Assembly: GCA_964016885.1 (NCBI GenBank)
Contig: OZ024746.1
Span: 32,426,001-32,490,000 of the forward strand
DNA: 64,000 nucleotides
Direction: 5' to 3'
Source of the DNA: Eledone cirrhosa
Taxonomy: Eukaryota
A model generated the notes under the pieces. The model saw only the letters and a program-made list of their open reading frames with translations. It did no database searches and had not been told where the DNA came from. How positions within the stretch are numbered: the stretch's first letter is position 1; the number at the start of each line of letters is the position of its first letter. The translations under genes and the position numbers were made by a program. This document shows, one piece after another, positions 24,342-39,132 of this stretch.

Positions 24342-27300
24342 TGTGTCATCACAGCTGTAGTTGTCTGTGACATAGACACCATAGTGACAGATTGTGTCAT
24401 CACAGCTGTAGTTGTCTGTGACATAGACACCATAGTGACAGATTGTGTCATCACATCACAGCTGTACTTGTCTGTGACATAGACACCATAGTGACAGATT
24501 GTGTCATCACATCACAGCTGTAGTTGTCTGTGACATAGACACCATAGTGACAGATTGTGACATCTCATCACTGCTGTAGTTGTCTGTCACATAGACACTA
24601 TACTGACAGATTGTGTCATCACATCACAGCTGTAGTTGTCTGTGACATAGACACCATAGTGACAGATTGTGTCATCACATCACAGCTGAAGTTGTCTGTG
24701 ACATAGACACCATAGTGACAGATTGTGTCATCATATCACAGCTGTAGTTGTCTGTGACATAGACACCATAGTGACAGATTGTGTCATCACATCACAGCTG
24801 TACTTGCCTGTGACATAGACACTATAGTGACAGATTGTGTCATCACATCACTCCTGTAGTTGTCTGTGACATAGACACTATACTGACAGATTGTGTCATC
24901 ACATCACAGCTGTAGTTGTCTGTGACATAGACACCATAGTGACAGATTGTGTCATCACATCACAGCTGTAGTTGTCTGTGACATAGACACCATAGTGATA
25001 GATTGTGTCATCACATCACAGCTGTACTTGCCTGTGACATAGACACTATAGTGACAGATTGTGTCATCACATCACTGCTGTAGTTGTCTGTGACATAGAC
25101 ACTATAGTGACAGATTGTGTCATCACATCACAGCTGTAGTTGTCTGTGACATAGACACCATAGTGACAGATTGTGTCATCACATCACTGCTGTAGTTGTC
25201 TGTGACATAGACACCATAATGACAGATTGTGTCATCACAGCTGTAGTTGTCTGTGACATAGACACCATAGTGACAGATTGTGTCATCACATCACAGCTGT
25301 AGTTGTCTGTGACATAGACACCATAATGACAGATTGTGTCATCACAGCTGTAGTTGTCTGTGACATAGACACCATAGTGACAGATTGTGTCATCACATCA
25401 CAGCTGTAGTTGTCTGTGACATAGACACCATAATGACAGATTGTGTCATCACAGCTGTAGTTGTCTGTGACATAGACACCATAGTGACAGATTGTGTCAT
25501 CACATCACAGCTGTAGTTGTCTGTGACATAGACACCATAATGACAGATTGTGTCATCACATCACAACTGTAGTTGTCTGTGACATAGACACCATAGTGAC
25601 AGATTGTGTCATCACATCACTGCTGCAGTTGTCTGTGACATAGACACCATAGTGACAGATTGTGTCATCACATCACAGCTGTACTTGTCTGTGACATAGA
25701 CACCATAGTGACAGATTGTGTCATCACATCACAGCTGTAGTTGTCTGTGACATAGACACCATAGTGACAGATTGTGTCATCACATCACAGCTGTACTTGT
25801 ATGTGACATAGACACCATAGTGACAGATTGTGTCATCACATCACAGCTGTAGTTGTCTGTGACATAGACACCATAGTGACAGATTGTGTCATCACATCAC
25901 AGCTGTAGTTGTCTGTGACATAGACACCATAATGACAGATTGTGTCATCACAGCTGTAGTTGTCTGTGACATAGACACCATAGTGACAGATTGTGTCATC
26001 ACATCACAGCTGTAGTTGTCTGTGACATAGACACCATAATGACAGATTGTGTCATCACATCACTGCTGTAGTTGTCTGTGACATAGACACCATAGTGACA
26101 GATTGTGTCATCACATCACAGCTGTAGTTGTATGTGACATAGACACCATAGTGACAGATTGTGTCATCACATCACAGCTGTAGTTGTCTGTGACATAGAC
26201 ACCATAGTGACAGATTGTGTCATCTCATCACTGCTGTAGTTGTCTGTGACATAGACACCATAGTGACAGATTGTGTCATCTCATCACTGCTGTAGTTGTC
26301 TGTGACATAGACACCATAGTGACAGATTGTGTCATCACATCACTGCTGTAGTTGTCTGTGACATAGACACCATAGTGACAGATTGTGTCATCACATCACA
26401 GCTGTACTTGTATGTGACATAGACACCATAGTGACAGATTGTGTCATCACATCACAGCTGTAGTTGTCTGTGACATAAACACCATAGTGACAGATTGTGT
26501 CATCACATCACAGCTGTAGTTGTCTGTGACATAGACACCATAATGACAGATTGTGTCATCACATCACAACTGTAGTTGTCTGTGACATAGACACCATAGT
26601 GACAGATTGTGTCATCACATCACAGCTGTAGTTGTCTGTGACATAGACACCATAGTGACAGACTGTGTCATCACATCACAGCTGTAGTTGTCTGTGACAT
26701 AGACACCATAGTGACAGATTGTGTCATCACATCACAGCTGTAGTTGTCTGTGACATAGACACCATAGTGACAGATTGTGTCATCTCATCACTGCTGTAGT
26801 TGTCTGTGACATAGACACCATAGTGACAGATTGTGTCATCACATCACAGCTGTACTTGCCTGTGACATAGACACTATAGTGACAGATTGTGTCATCACAT
26901 CACTCCTGTAGTTGTCTGTGACATAGACACTATACTGACAGATTGTGTCATCACATCACAGCTGTAGTTGTCTGTGACATAGACACCATAGTGACAGATT
27001 GTGTCATCACATCACAGCTGTAGTTGTCTGTGACATAGACACCATAGTGATAGATTGTGTCATCACATCACAGCTGTACTTGCCTGTGACATAGACACTA
27101 TAGTGACAGATTGTGTCATCACATCACTGCTGTAGTTGTCTGTGACATAGACACTATAGTGACAGATTGTGTCATCACATCACAGCTGTAGTTGTCTGTG
27201 ACATAGACACCATAGTGACAGATTGTGTCATCACATCACTGCTGTAGTTGTCTGTGACATAGACACCATAATGACAGATTGTGTCATCACAGCTGTAGTT

Positions 27301-30300
27301 GTCTGTGACATAGACACCATAGTGACAGATTGTGTCATCACATCACAGCTGTAGTTGTCTGTGACATAGACACCATAATGACAGATTGTGTCATCACAGC
27401 TGTAGTTGTCTGTGACATAGACACCATAGTGACAGATTGTGTCATCACATCACAGCTGTAGTTGTCTGTGACATAGACACCATAATGACAGATTGTGTCA
27501 TCACAGCTGTAGTTGTCTGTGACATAGACACCATAGTGACAGATTGTGTCATCACATCACAGCTGTAGTTGTCTGTGACATAGACACCATAATGACAGAT
27601 TGTGTCATCACATCACAACTGTAGTTGTCTGTGACATAGACACCATAGTGACAGATTGTGTCATCACATCACTGCTGCAGTTGTCTGTGACATAGACACC
27701 ATAGTGACAGATTGTGTCATCACATCACAGCTGTACTTGTCTGTGACATAGACACCATAGTGACAGATTGTGTCATCACATCACAGCTGTAGTTGTCTGT
27801 GACATAGACACCATAGTGACAGATTGTGTCATCACATCACAGCTGTACTTGTATGTGACATAGACACCATAGTGACAGATTGTGTCATCACATCACAGCT
27901 GTAGTTGTCTGTGACATAGACACCATAGTGACAGATTGTGTCATCACATCACAGCTGTAGTTGTCTGTGACATAGACACCATAATGACAGATTGTGTCAT
28001 CACAGCTGTAGTTGTCTGTGACATAGACACCATAGTGACAGATTGTGTCATCACATCACAGCTGTAGTTGTCTGTGACATAGACACCATAATGACAGATT
28101 GTGTCATCACATCACTGCTGTAGTTGTCTGTGACATAGACACCATAGTGACAGATTGTGTCATCACATCACAGCTGTAGTTGTATGTGACATAGACACCA
28201 TAGTGACAGATTGTGTCATCACATCACAGCTGTAGTTGTCTGTGACATAGACACCATAATGACAGATTGTGTCATCACATCACAACTGTAGTTGTCTGTG
28301 ACATAGACACCATAGTGACAGATTGTGTCATCACATCACTGCTGCAGTTGTCTGTGACATAGACACCATAGTGACAGATTGTGTCATCACATCACAGCTG
28401 TAGTTGTCTGTGACATAGACACCATAGTGACAGATTGTGTCATCACATCACTGCTGTAGTTGTCTGTGACATAGACACCATAATGACAGATTGTGTCATC
28501 ACAGCTGTAGTTGTCTGTGACATAGACACCATAGTGACAGATTGTGTCATCACATCACAGCTGTAGTTGTCTGTGACATAGACACCATAATGACAGATTG
28601 TGTCATCACAGCTGTAGTTGTCTGTGACATAGACACCATAGTGACAGATTGTGTCATCACATCACAGCTGTAGTTGTCTGTGACATAGACACCATAATGA
28701 CAGATTGTGTCATCACAGCTGTAGTTGTCTGTGACATAGACACCATAGTGACAGATTGTGTCATCACATCACAGCTGTAGTTGTCTGTGACATAGACACC
28801 ATAATGACAGATTGTGTCATCACATCACAACTGTAGTTGTCTGTGACATAGACACCATAGTGACAGATTGTGTCATCACATCACTGCTGCAGTTGTCTGT
28901 GACATAGACACCATAGTGACAGATTGTGTCATCACATCACAGCTGTACTTGTCTGTGACATAGACACCATAGTGACAGATTGTGTCATCACATCACAGCT
29001 GTAGTTGTCTGTGACATAGACACCATAGTGACAGATTGTGTCATCACATCACAGCTGTACTTGTATGTGACATAGACACCATAGTGACAGATTGTGTCAT
29101 CACATCACAGCTGTAGTTGTCTGTGACATAGACACCATAGTGACAGATTGTGTCATCACATCACAGCTGTAGTTGTCTGTGACATAGACACCATAATGAC
29201 AGATTGTGTCATCACAGCTGTAGTTGTCTGTGACATAGACACCATAGTGACAGATTGTGTCATCACATCACAGCTGTAGTTGTCTGTGACATAGACACCA
29301 TAATGACAGATTGTGTCATCACAGCTGTAGTTGTCTGTGACATAGACACCATAGTGACAGATTGTGTCATCACATCACAGCTGTAGTTGTCTGTGACATA
29401 GACACCATAGTGACAGATTGTGTCATCACATCACAGCTGTAGTTGTCTGTGACATAGACACCATAATGACAGATTGTGTCATCACATCACAACTGTAGTT
29501 GTCTGTGACATAGACACCATAGTGACAGATTGTGTCATCACATCACTGCTGCAGTTGTCTGTGACATAGACACCATAGTGACAGATTGTGTCATCACATC
29601 ACAGCTGTACTTGTCTGTGACATAGACACCATAGTGACAGATTGTGTCATCACATCACAGCTGTAGTTGTCTGTGACATAGACACCATAGTGACAGATTG
29701 TGTCATCACATCACAGCTGTACTTGTATGTGACATAGACACCATAGTGACAGATTGTGTCATCACATCACAGCTGTAGTTGTCTGTGACATAGACACCAT
29801 AGTGACAGATTGTGTCATCACATCACAGCTGTAGTTGTCTGTGACATAGACACCATAATGACAGATTGTGTCATCACATCACAACTGTACTTGTATGTGA
29901 CATAGACACCATAGTGACAGATTGTGTCATCACATCACAGCTGTAGTTGTCTGTGACATAGACACCATAGTGACAGATTGTGTCATCACAGCTGTAGTTG
30001 TCTGTGATATAGACACCATAGTGACAGATTGTGTCATCACATCACAGCTGTAGTTGTCTGTGACATAGACACCATAGTGACAGATTGTGTCATCACATCA
30101 CAGCTGTACTTGTATGTGACATAGACACCATAGTGACAGATTGTGTCATCACATCACAGCTGTAGTTGTCTGTGACATAAACACCATAGTGACAGATTGT
30201 GTCATCACATCACAGCTGTAGTTGTCTGTGACATAGACACCATAATGACAGATTGTGTCATCACATCACAACTGTAGTTGTCTGTGACATAGACACCATA

Positions 30301-32297
30301 GTGACAGATTGTGTCATCACATCCCAGCTGTAGTTGTCTGTGACATAGACACCATAGTGACAGACTGTGTCATCACATCACAGCTGTAGTTGTCTGTGAC
30401 ATAGACACCATAGTGACAGATTGTGTCATCACATCACAGCTGTAGTTGTCTGTGACATAGACACCATAGTGACAGATTGTGTCATCTCATCACTGCTGTA
30501 GTTGTCTGTGACATAGACACCATAGTGACAGATTGTGTCATCTCATCACTGCTGTAGTTGTCTGTGACATAGACACCATAGTGACAGATTGTGTCATCAC
30601 ATCACTGCTGTAGTTGTCTGTGACATAGACACCATAGTGACAGATTGTGTCATCACATCACAGCTGTACTTGTATGTGACATAGACACCATAGTGACAGA
30701 TTGTGTCATCACATCACAGCTGTAGTTGTCTGTGACATAAACACCATAGTGACAGATTGTGTCATCACATCACAGCTGTAGTTGTCTGTGACATAGACAC
30801 CATAATGACAGATTGTGTCATCACATCACAACTGTAGTTGTCTGTGACATAGACACCATAGTGACAGATTGTGTCATCACATCACAGCTGTAGTTGTCTG
30901 TGACATAGACACCATAGTGACAGACTGTGTCATCACATCACAGCTGTAGTTGTCTGTGACATAGACACCATAGTGACAGATTGTGTCATCACATCACAGC
31001 TGTAGTTGTCTGTGACATAGACACCATAGTGACAGATTGTGTCATCTCATCACTGCTGTAGTTGTCTGTGACATAGACACCATAGTGACAGATTGTGTCA
31101 TCTCATCACTGCTGTAGTTGTCTGTGACATAGACACCATAGTGACAGATTGTGTCATCACATCACAGCTGTAGTTGTCTGTGACATAGACACCATAGTGA
31201 CAGATTGTGTCATCACATCACAGCTGTAGATGTCTGTGACATAGACACCATAGTGACAGATTGTGTCATCACATCACAGCTGTAGTTGTCTGTGACATAG
31301 ACACTATAGTGACAGAATGTGTCATCACATCACAGCTGTAGTTGTCTGTGACATAGACACCATAGTGACAGATTGTGTCATCACATCACAGCTGTAGTTG
31401 TCTGTGACATAGACACCATAGTGACAGATTGTGTCATCACATCACAGCTGTACTTGACTGTGACATAGACACCATAGTGACAGATTGTGTCATCACATCA
31501 CAGCTGTACTTGACTGTGACATAGACACCATAGTGACAGATTGTGTCATCACATCACAGCTGTAGTTGTCTGTGACATAGACACCATAATGACAGATTGT
31601 GTCATCTCATCACAGCTGTAGTTGTCTGTGACATAGACACCATAGTGACAGATTGTGTCATCACATCACTGCTGTAGTTGTCTGTGACATAGACACCATA
31701 GTGACAGATTGTGTCATCACATCACAGCTGTAGTTGTCTGTGACATAGACACCATAGTGACAGATTGTGTCATCACATCACAGCTGTAGTTGTCTGTGAC
31801 ATAGACACCATAGTGACAGATTGTGTCATCACATCACTGCTGTAGTTGTCTGTGACATAGACACCATAGTGACAGATTGTGTCATCACATCACAGCTGTA
31901 GTTGTCTGTGACATAGACACCATAGTGACAGATTGTGTCATCACATCACTACTGTACTTGTCTGTGACATAGACACTATAGTGACAGATTGTGTCATCAC
32001 ATCACAGCTGTAGTTGTCTGTGACATAGACACCATAGTGACAGATTGTGTCATCACATCACAGCTGTAGTTGTCTGTGACATAGACACCATAGTGACATA
32101 TTGTGTCATCACATCACAGCTGTAGTTGTCTGTGACATAGATACCATAGTGACAGCATGTGTCATCACATCACAGCTGTAGTTGTCTGTGACATAGACAC
32201 CATAGTGACAGATTGTGTCATCACATCACAGCTGTAGTTGTCTGGGCTATAGACACCATAGTGACAGCATGTGTCATCACATCACAGCTGTAGTTGT
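24342..32297. repeat. 56-bp satellite (~140 units, 51-bp variant) with higher-order duplications
   Basis: Unit GATTGTGTCATCACATCACAGCTGTAGTTGTCTGTGACATAGACACCATAGTGACA; no spacers. Confidence 0.97.
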
Positions 32298-32860
32298 TTG
32301 GTCCTGTTATCTGTTGATGATTTCAAGCTTCTGAAGCAATTACTCTATGGTGAACAAGTTTTTGGTAAGGGCCCTTAGCACAAAAGCTGACTGATACTTT
32401 TTGGACATTAACACTACAAGCAGAAAATATATCATATTGAATAGTAGTGAATGATAGTCTATAATTTGGGACAACTGCCTGAAATTTGAGAAAATTGAAT
32501 TGCTTACCAGATGATAAAACATAATGTTTAAATATTGCAAGTTATTGATTTTCCATGCAATAATAGGACCAGATGTGATCTCACCTGTACTACCTATGGT
32601 CAAGAGTGACCAAAAATGGTCTTACCTGTACTGCCCATGGTAAAGAATGACCAGAAGTGGTCTCATCAACACTGTCTATGGTCAAGACAGTTTTTTATTA
32701 GTCAGAAGATATAGCCATAGCCCTTACTGTTTTGTCAGGGAGGGTCAGTGCCCATGAGCTTTTTAGGGCCTCTATAACTGGTGTAATAGAGGAATGAAAG
32801 TATTCTCAAACTGGAGACCAGTTATGAATGTTTGCAACAGAATGAACTCTATTAAAGACA

Positions 32861-33085
32861 CCCAAGGACCAGCTGGTGGTGTTAAACCAAGTAATGGATT
32901 AAATTTATCACCCAAGGATCAGGTAGTGGTGTTAAATCAAGTAATGAGTTAAATCTATCACCCAAGGATCAGGTGGTGGTCTTAAACCAGGTAATGGATT
33001 AAGTCTATCACCCAGGGATCAAATAGGGGTGTTAAACCAGTTAATGGATTAGATCTATCACTCAAGGATCAGGTGGCAGTGTTAA
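32861..33085. repeat. 50-bp minisatellite (~4.5 copies)
   Basis: CCCAAGGA(T/C)C-type starts at 32861, 32911, 32961, 33011 and 33061. A ~39-bp triple repeat lies at 32565-32690. Confidence 0.85.
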
Positions 33086-35160
33086 TGTTAATTTACCACA
33101 CAAGTAAGGCCATAGCAGGATTTGAATACATAATACAAAGAGTCAGAACAAATACCACAAAGTATCCTATCAGATGTTAACAATTCCACGAATCAACTGC
33201 TTTAGATTGGTACTATACAAGTATCTTATCAACTCCCCAAAAGAATTAATGGCAATGTTAACTGCGGTAGGATTTGAACCCAGAGCTAAGAAAACTGGAA
33301 CAAATATTAGAACGTATTTTATTTCATCTCTGTGATAGGTGAGACTATTGCTATAGATGTTCATCTTGAACATGTACAGAGGAAATATAATAGAGGAAGG
33401 TGCATTGTTTTGAAAGTAGAGACACATTCTTTCTCAACCAATTCAAGTATGTTCTCACCACCATAATACATTTAATGAGACTGACGATATAGCAACTGAC
33501 TGAGGTATGTATCAGAAGCCACATACTCAACTATTTGTCAAGTATCAGCTGTATTTTATTCAATTTCATATATCCAGTAACAACAACAACAACAACAACA
33601 TTAATATTAATAATAATAATAATAATTGTTTCTACTTTAGGCACAAGGCCAGCAATTACCCAGTGTATTACTGGTACTTTATTTTATCGACCCCCGTAAG
33701 GATGAAAGGCAAAGTCAACCTGATTTCTACTATAGGCACAAGGCCAACAATTTAGGGAGTGGGGGGAAGTTGATTAAATCGACCCCAGTGCAATATAGGT
33801 GCTTTATTTTAATGACCCTTTAAGGATGAAAGGTAAAGCTAACCTCGGCAGGTTTTGAACTCAGAACGTAAAGGGCTATAACTCTATGCTGTGAAGCAAG
33901 ATCTATCAATTGAAATTGAGAAAATATGGCATAGTCGGTGCACTGGAAATGATAAAAAGGGAACTGAAAAATATTTGACTGAGATATTTGGAAAGCCATC
34001 TCAGCAAGAGATACAGAAAATAGTGCTGACTCGTACTGTCTATGTTTTGAGAAGAGCATTATTAATTTAAAAACCTTGCAAAGACATTTACTGTTGTTTG
34101 TGCCCTTGTGGCATAATCTGTATGCCAATTGATTGTAAAATGTGTTTATTATCAAATTTTGCCTCAGGTGTCAGGTGGACACTCAGCAAAATATGGGAAA
34201 GAAGTTGAATTCAAAGGAAGTTAAAAAAAAAAAAAAAATAATAATAATATTAATAACAATAATAAACCACTCTCATGAAATCATGAGGCAAAGCAATGAA
34301 ATAATTAATGCCATGAATGAATCTGGAACCAATTATGGTGAAGATCTCTCACTGGCATGTTTGGATCCCTACTTAACTGGAGAAGAAGTGATCTGGCCCT
34401 GGATGGTCGTTACCAAGCAACAGATCATACAAAAATGTGCACACAGCTAGACACAAGAGGCTGAAGGAAGAGTACATTACACCCATTGAATGTCATGAAA
34501 GCCAAACTGGAGGGAAGCCGTGGAGTAGGGCATCGTACTTTGGACTTCTGATATCAGAAAGTAAACTAATGAATCAAGTGAGTGTGATTAGGAGGAAGGG
34601 TTGGTTTAAATGAGGTAGAAATATTTTAAATTAATGAATGTTTAAGGTGAGCCTACAAATAAGCAACAAAGGGAGGTTAGAGTAGAAACTAAAGCTGTTT
34701 CTACAGTTGAAGCCAGAGAGAAATAGTCAACAGGAACAGGGAAATTATGAGGAGACTGTTAGAACTGCTGAAGAGAAAGGTTATAGATTGAACCCAAGTA
34801 TTTCTGAGGATGGCTATGCAAAAGGAGGAAGCCAAAAGGATGATGAACACTTGCTTTACAAAGACGGCTTATGAATTTGATGAATGTCACTGAAGAACAA
34901 ACTCCAATAAATATGAGAAGTGTAGATAGAAGTATGATGAATGAAATTACAAAAAAGATAAATGTTATCATACCACATATCCAAACAGAGAACATTGCAC
35001 TACTTGAAAGAAAAGGTTATAGAGGCATATCTAAAAATATTAAAAGTGATTTTAAAATCCAACCTGAATGTGAGGAATCTAGTCATAGCAAAGAGTTGGA
35101 TAGAAAGACAAAGTTGATGACATTTGTCTTCTTCTTCTTCTTCTTCTTCTTCTTCTTCTT

Positions 35161-35191
<31 letters not shown>

Positions 35192-35429
35192 TTATTATTA
35201 TTATTATTATTAAAATATTCTACATTTTACTGGCATAAAACTAAAATTGTTCAGATACTGAGTCAGCAGTTATAATTATAGGTGGAGAGAATTATGGACG
35301 AAGTAGGCGACAATATTTTGTTAAATTGTGAAAAGTATGTGGGGAAACAATGGAGGAAAATATTAGAAGTTATATAATTTAATATTGAGGTTGAAAATCT
35401 ATGAAAGGGTGAGCTTTAATATATGTGCA

Positions 35430-35494
<65 letters not shown>

Positions 35495-36107
35495 ATGAAT
35501 TTATGTATGTGTGTACGTTTGTGTGTATATGAATTTATTTGTGTGTATTTTGAACATGTGTATATATGTATGCATGAATGTATGTGTGTATGTATGTATG
35601 TATGTATGTATGAGTGTGTGTGTATGTATATGTGTATATGCATGTGTGTGTGTGTTGTGTTGTTGGTGGTGTTATTATATAACAACAGGTGAGCCCTGAA
35701 TAAGCAGACATAAAATCAAATATGTTACACCTCTGGCCAGTCTGTATTTTTCTCAGGTATAGTGTATCTATGACAACATTAACCAATGTGGTCTTCCATT
35801 TTTAAACATGGAAGAGGTTATTTGAAAGAAACTTGGTTGATATTTCTAGCAAGTTAAATCTCTGCATACTGGGCCACATAGGAAAGATTTCAAAGGACTG
35901 AGATAGGTGGTAATATAATGTAGAGCAGACCTAACAAACCCATGCCATAGTGGTGATGGTGGTGGTGCTAGTGGTGATGCTGATGGTGATGATTGTGGTA
36001 ATAGTGATTATTATGATGGTGACGATATACATATATATTGTCTAACCCATGCTAGCATGGAAAATGGAAGCTAGTAGAAATTCTTCGCTTAAACTTTAAT
36101 CTGTACT

Positions 36108-36150
<43 letters not shown>

Positions 36151-36291
36151 ACCTAATATATATATAGTGAACCTAATAATATATATAGATATATTAGGTT
36201 CACTATATATATATATATTATTGTACTAATAATATATATATATATATATAGTGAACCTAATTGTACTAATATATATATATAGTGAATTGTA

Positions 36292-36337
<46 letters not shown>

Positions 36338-36689
36338 ACCTATATTGTACTAATAATACATATATATATATATAGTGAACCTAAACATCGAGTGCTCACC
36401 CAGCTGAACCTACAGTAACTCCAAGTTACACTCCCTGGATATATATATATGTGTGTGTGTGTGTATGCATATAAGTATATGCATATGAGTATATGTGTAT
36501 GTGTTTGTGTGTGTTTGTTTTTCTGAGTTCAGATCTGTTTACATTTACTGTTAGTTTATGTTCTTATAAAACAAATCAATAAAATAAGTATCAGACATGT
36601 AAAAAAGAAATAGTACTGGTAGACGAGATGTAGTGGGTTATGCGACAGACTAATAGGAAGAGAAGTCTTCATTTGTACTAGTTATACAG

Positions 36690-37348
36690 GGGTAATCGTG
36701 GGAAGAGCATCTTCCAGTCAAAGGAAGAGTCCATAGAAGTAGTTAATAGCTTCTGCTATCTAGGGGACCTATTTAGCAGCTGAGGAGAGTGCTTTGAGAG
36801 CATAAGAACTAGAATAAGGATACAATGGAAGAAGTTTAGAGAGTTGACTCTCTGTTGACATCAAAAGGATGAAAGGATGGCTGTATGATGCTTGTGTGTG
36901 ATGTGTAATGCTGCATAGTAGTGAAACATGGGCAGTGACTGCAGAGGACATGTGTAGATTGGAGAGAAATGGAGCAACCATGCTTTGTTGGATGTACCAT
37001 GTTAGATGTGGGAGAAAGGCAGAACTTGGATGAGCTAAGGGAGAAGCTGGGTTTAAGAGGAATCTGAGGTGGTGTGCAGAAGAAAAGACTGCATTGGTAC
37101 GGATATGTCGTGCACATGGATGATAATTGCTGGGTGAAGAAATGACAGGAAATCCCAGTGGAAGGAAGCCACAGTAGATGTAAACCAAGTAAGACCTGGG
37201 CAGAGGATGTGAGAGCTAATCTCAAACCACTGAAACTCACAGAGAAGATGACGAAGGAATGCATTGAGTGGACAGATGTAGTGCTGAAAAGGACCCAACC
37301 AACCCATGCAAGCTTGGGAAAATGGATGTAAAAATGATGATGATGATG
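36690..37348 (+). mobile_element. Degenerate RTE LINE 3' portion
   Basis: VNSFCYLGD, LHSSETW and RLHWYGYVVHMD motifs; (GAT)n tail. Other RTE scraps at ~18545-18700, 34390-34560 and 58750-59050. Confidence 0.85.
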
Positions 37349-38065
37349 GGGTCAATATGATCAATTTAAATTCCTTCAAAGTGTTTCCCCAGCATGACTA
37401 CAGTCTAATAACTTAAACAAGAAATGAGTGTATGAAGAAAGTATTGTTTATAAAATGACAACTTTTATTTCTGACTGGGAACAAAAATGTATTGTGATAC
37501 CGAAGACATTAACAGATCTGTTTTGAAACATTCCAAGACATTAATAAATCTGTTTTGTGACAACCATGTCTTTTCCATGATATTAGCTTATTTCTTTTAA
37601 AAAGACTTTCCAGCCATGACTATCCCATGCTCTCAATTACTTAACATCACTTTAAACTAAGATAAGTCACATGAAAGCCTTAAAGCTTAAAAAAGACTTC
37701 AATTTTTACCTAACGGTGTGATATTTGAGGGAGATTTGGCTGTTATTTTTAGCAGATAGCTGTGCAAGTGAAGTGTATTTGTATTAGTTGTGACATGAAA
37801 CCAGGCTGCAGTTTTTGCTTCCCAACAGCTTACCCCTTGATCAACTGTGTTGACATTCATAGAGAAATAATTATTTCTCCTCTTGGCAGAAAGCCACATA
37901 TTTTGTGGGAGGGGGAGACTTTTATAAGTAAACCACCCACATAAAACAAAACTAGATTGGGACTTATTTTATCAACTTCCAGAAGGATGCTTGTAATAAA
38001 TGTTTTTAAAACATTCTTTGAATTACATAACCACACACACACATACACACACAACATATATATTT

Positions 38066-38700
38066 GAGGTCTGTTGAAAAAGTATCTAACTTTAGGCAAA
38101 GAAAAAAATGTACTTGGTGGAATTCAATTGCTAATCCCTTTCAATGTAAGTCTCTTGTGTCTCCCCAAACTTAGCCCAGCAATTCTTCCACTGTCCGAAG
38201 TATGTCTGGAATGTTTCTTCCCAAATAGCATCCCAGTCTACATGATATCCTCTTGGCCTTTTTTGGAAACTACTAGAAGTTATAAGGAGCCATGTTTGGA
38301 GAGTAAGGATACTGGTAAATGAAACAAAACCTTGAACTACTTGTGACGAATGAATCAGGGCATTTTTGTGATGTAACTGCCAGTTTTGTGAGGCCCACAG
38401 ATCTTGTCACATGCGTCAAACTACATCATGAAGACATCAGAGGACTTTCTGATAGTACTCCTTTGTAATTGTCCTTCTGGTGTGTATTTGTAATATACAT
38501 TGTCTCTGTAGTTAAATAAAACGGTCAGCATCATCTGGATATAACTATACACCTGACATGCTTTTAGAGGCCTTGGTGATATTGGATGGTTCCACTTTCA
38601 TGACAGCCCCTTGGGTTCCTGGTCATACCTACACTCACATCTCACCCCCAGTTATCAGGGCATTAAAAAAATTCAGGATTCTTATTGGCAGTATCGGGTG
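38066..38700 (-). mobile_element. Degenerate mariner transposase remnant
   Basis: Minus translation LITGGEM..TITKEYYQKVL..DLWASQNWQLHHKNA; TIR-like GAGGTCTGTTGAAAAAGT at 38066. Confidence 0.75.
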
Positions 38701-38922
38701 AAATGAAATGTGACGAGTAAGTAGTACAGCACCTCCACCTCACATACCTGCTGCCTGACAGTGACTGAGACATCCAAAGAGCATGCCAAACAACTATACA
38801 CACATATGAATGTATGTGGTTACACTTCTGTGCATTTTTGTCTCCCTAATATCATTAGTTCCTATGATGAAAAAATAAAGCCAGATATTTTTTCGACAGA
38901 CCTCGTACATATAAATATACAT

Positions 38923-38999
<77 letters not shown>

Positions 39000-39082
39000 C
39001 AACTAAATCCAAGATATTGAAATCATGTATGTAATAATACTTATGTGAACCCATGCTAGTGTGGAAAATGGACATAAAATGG

Positions 39083-39132
<50 letters not shown>

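Noticed and set aside
24342-32297. CRISPR-like array
   Set aside because: Head-to-tail repeats with no unique spacers and no cas genes, in a eukaryotic context.
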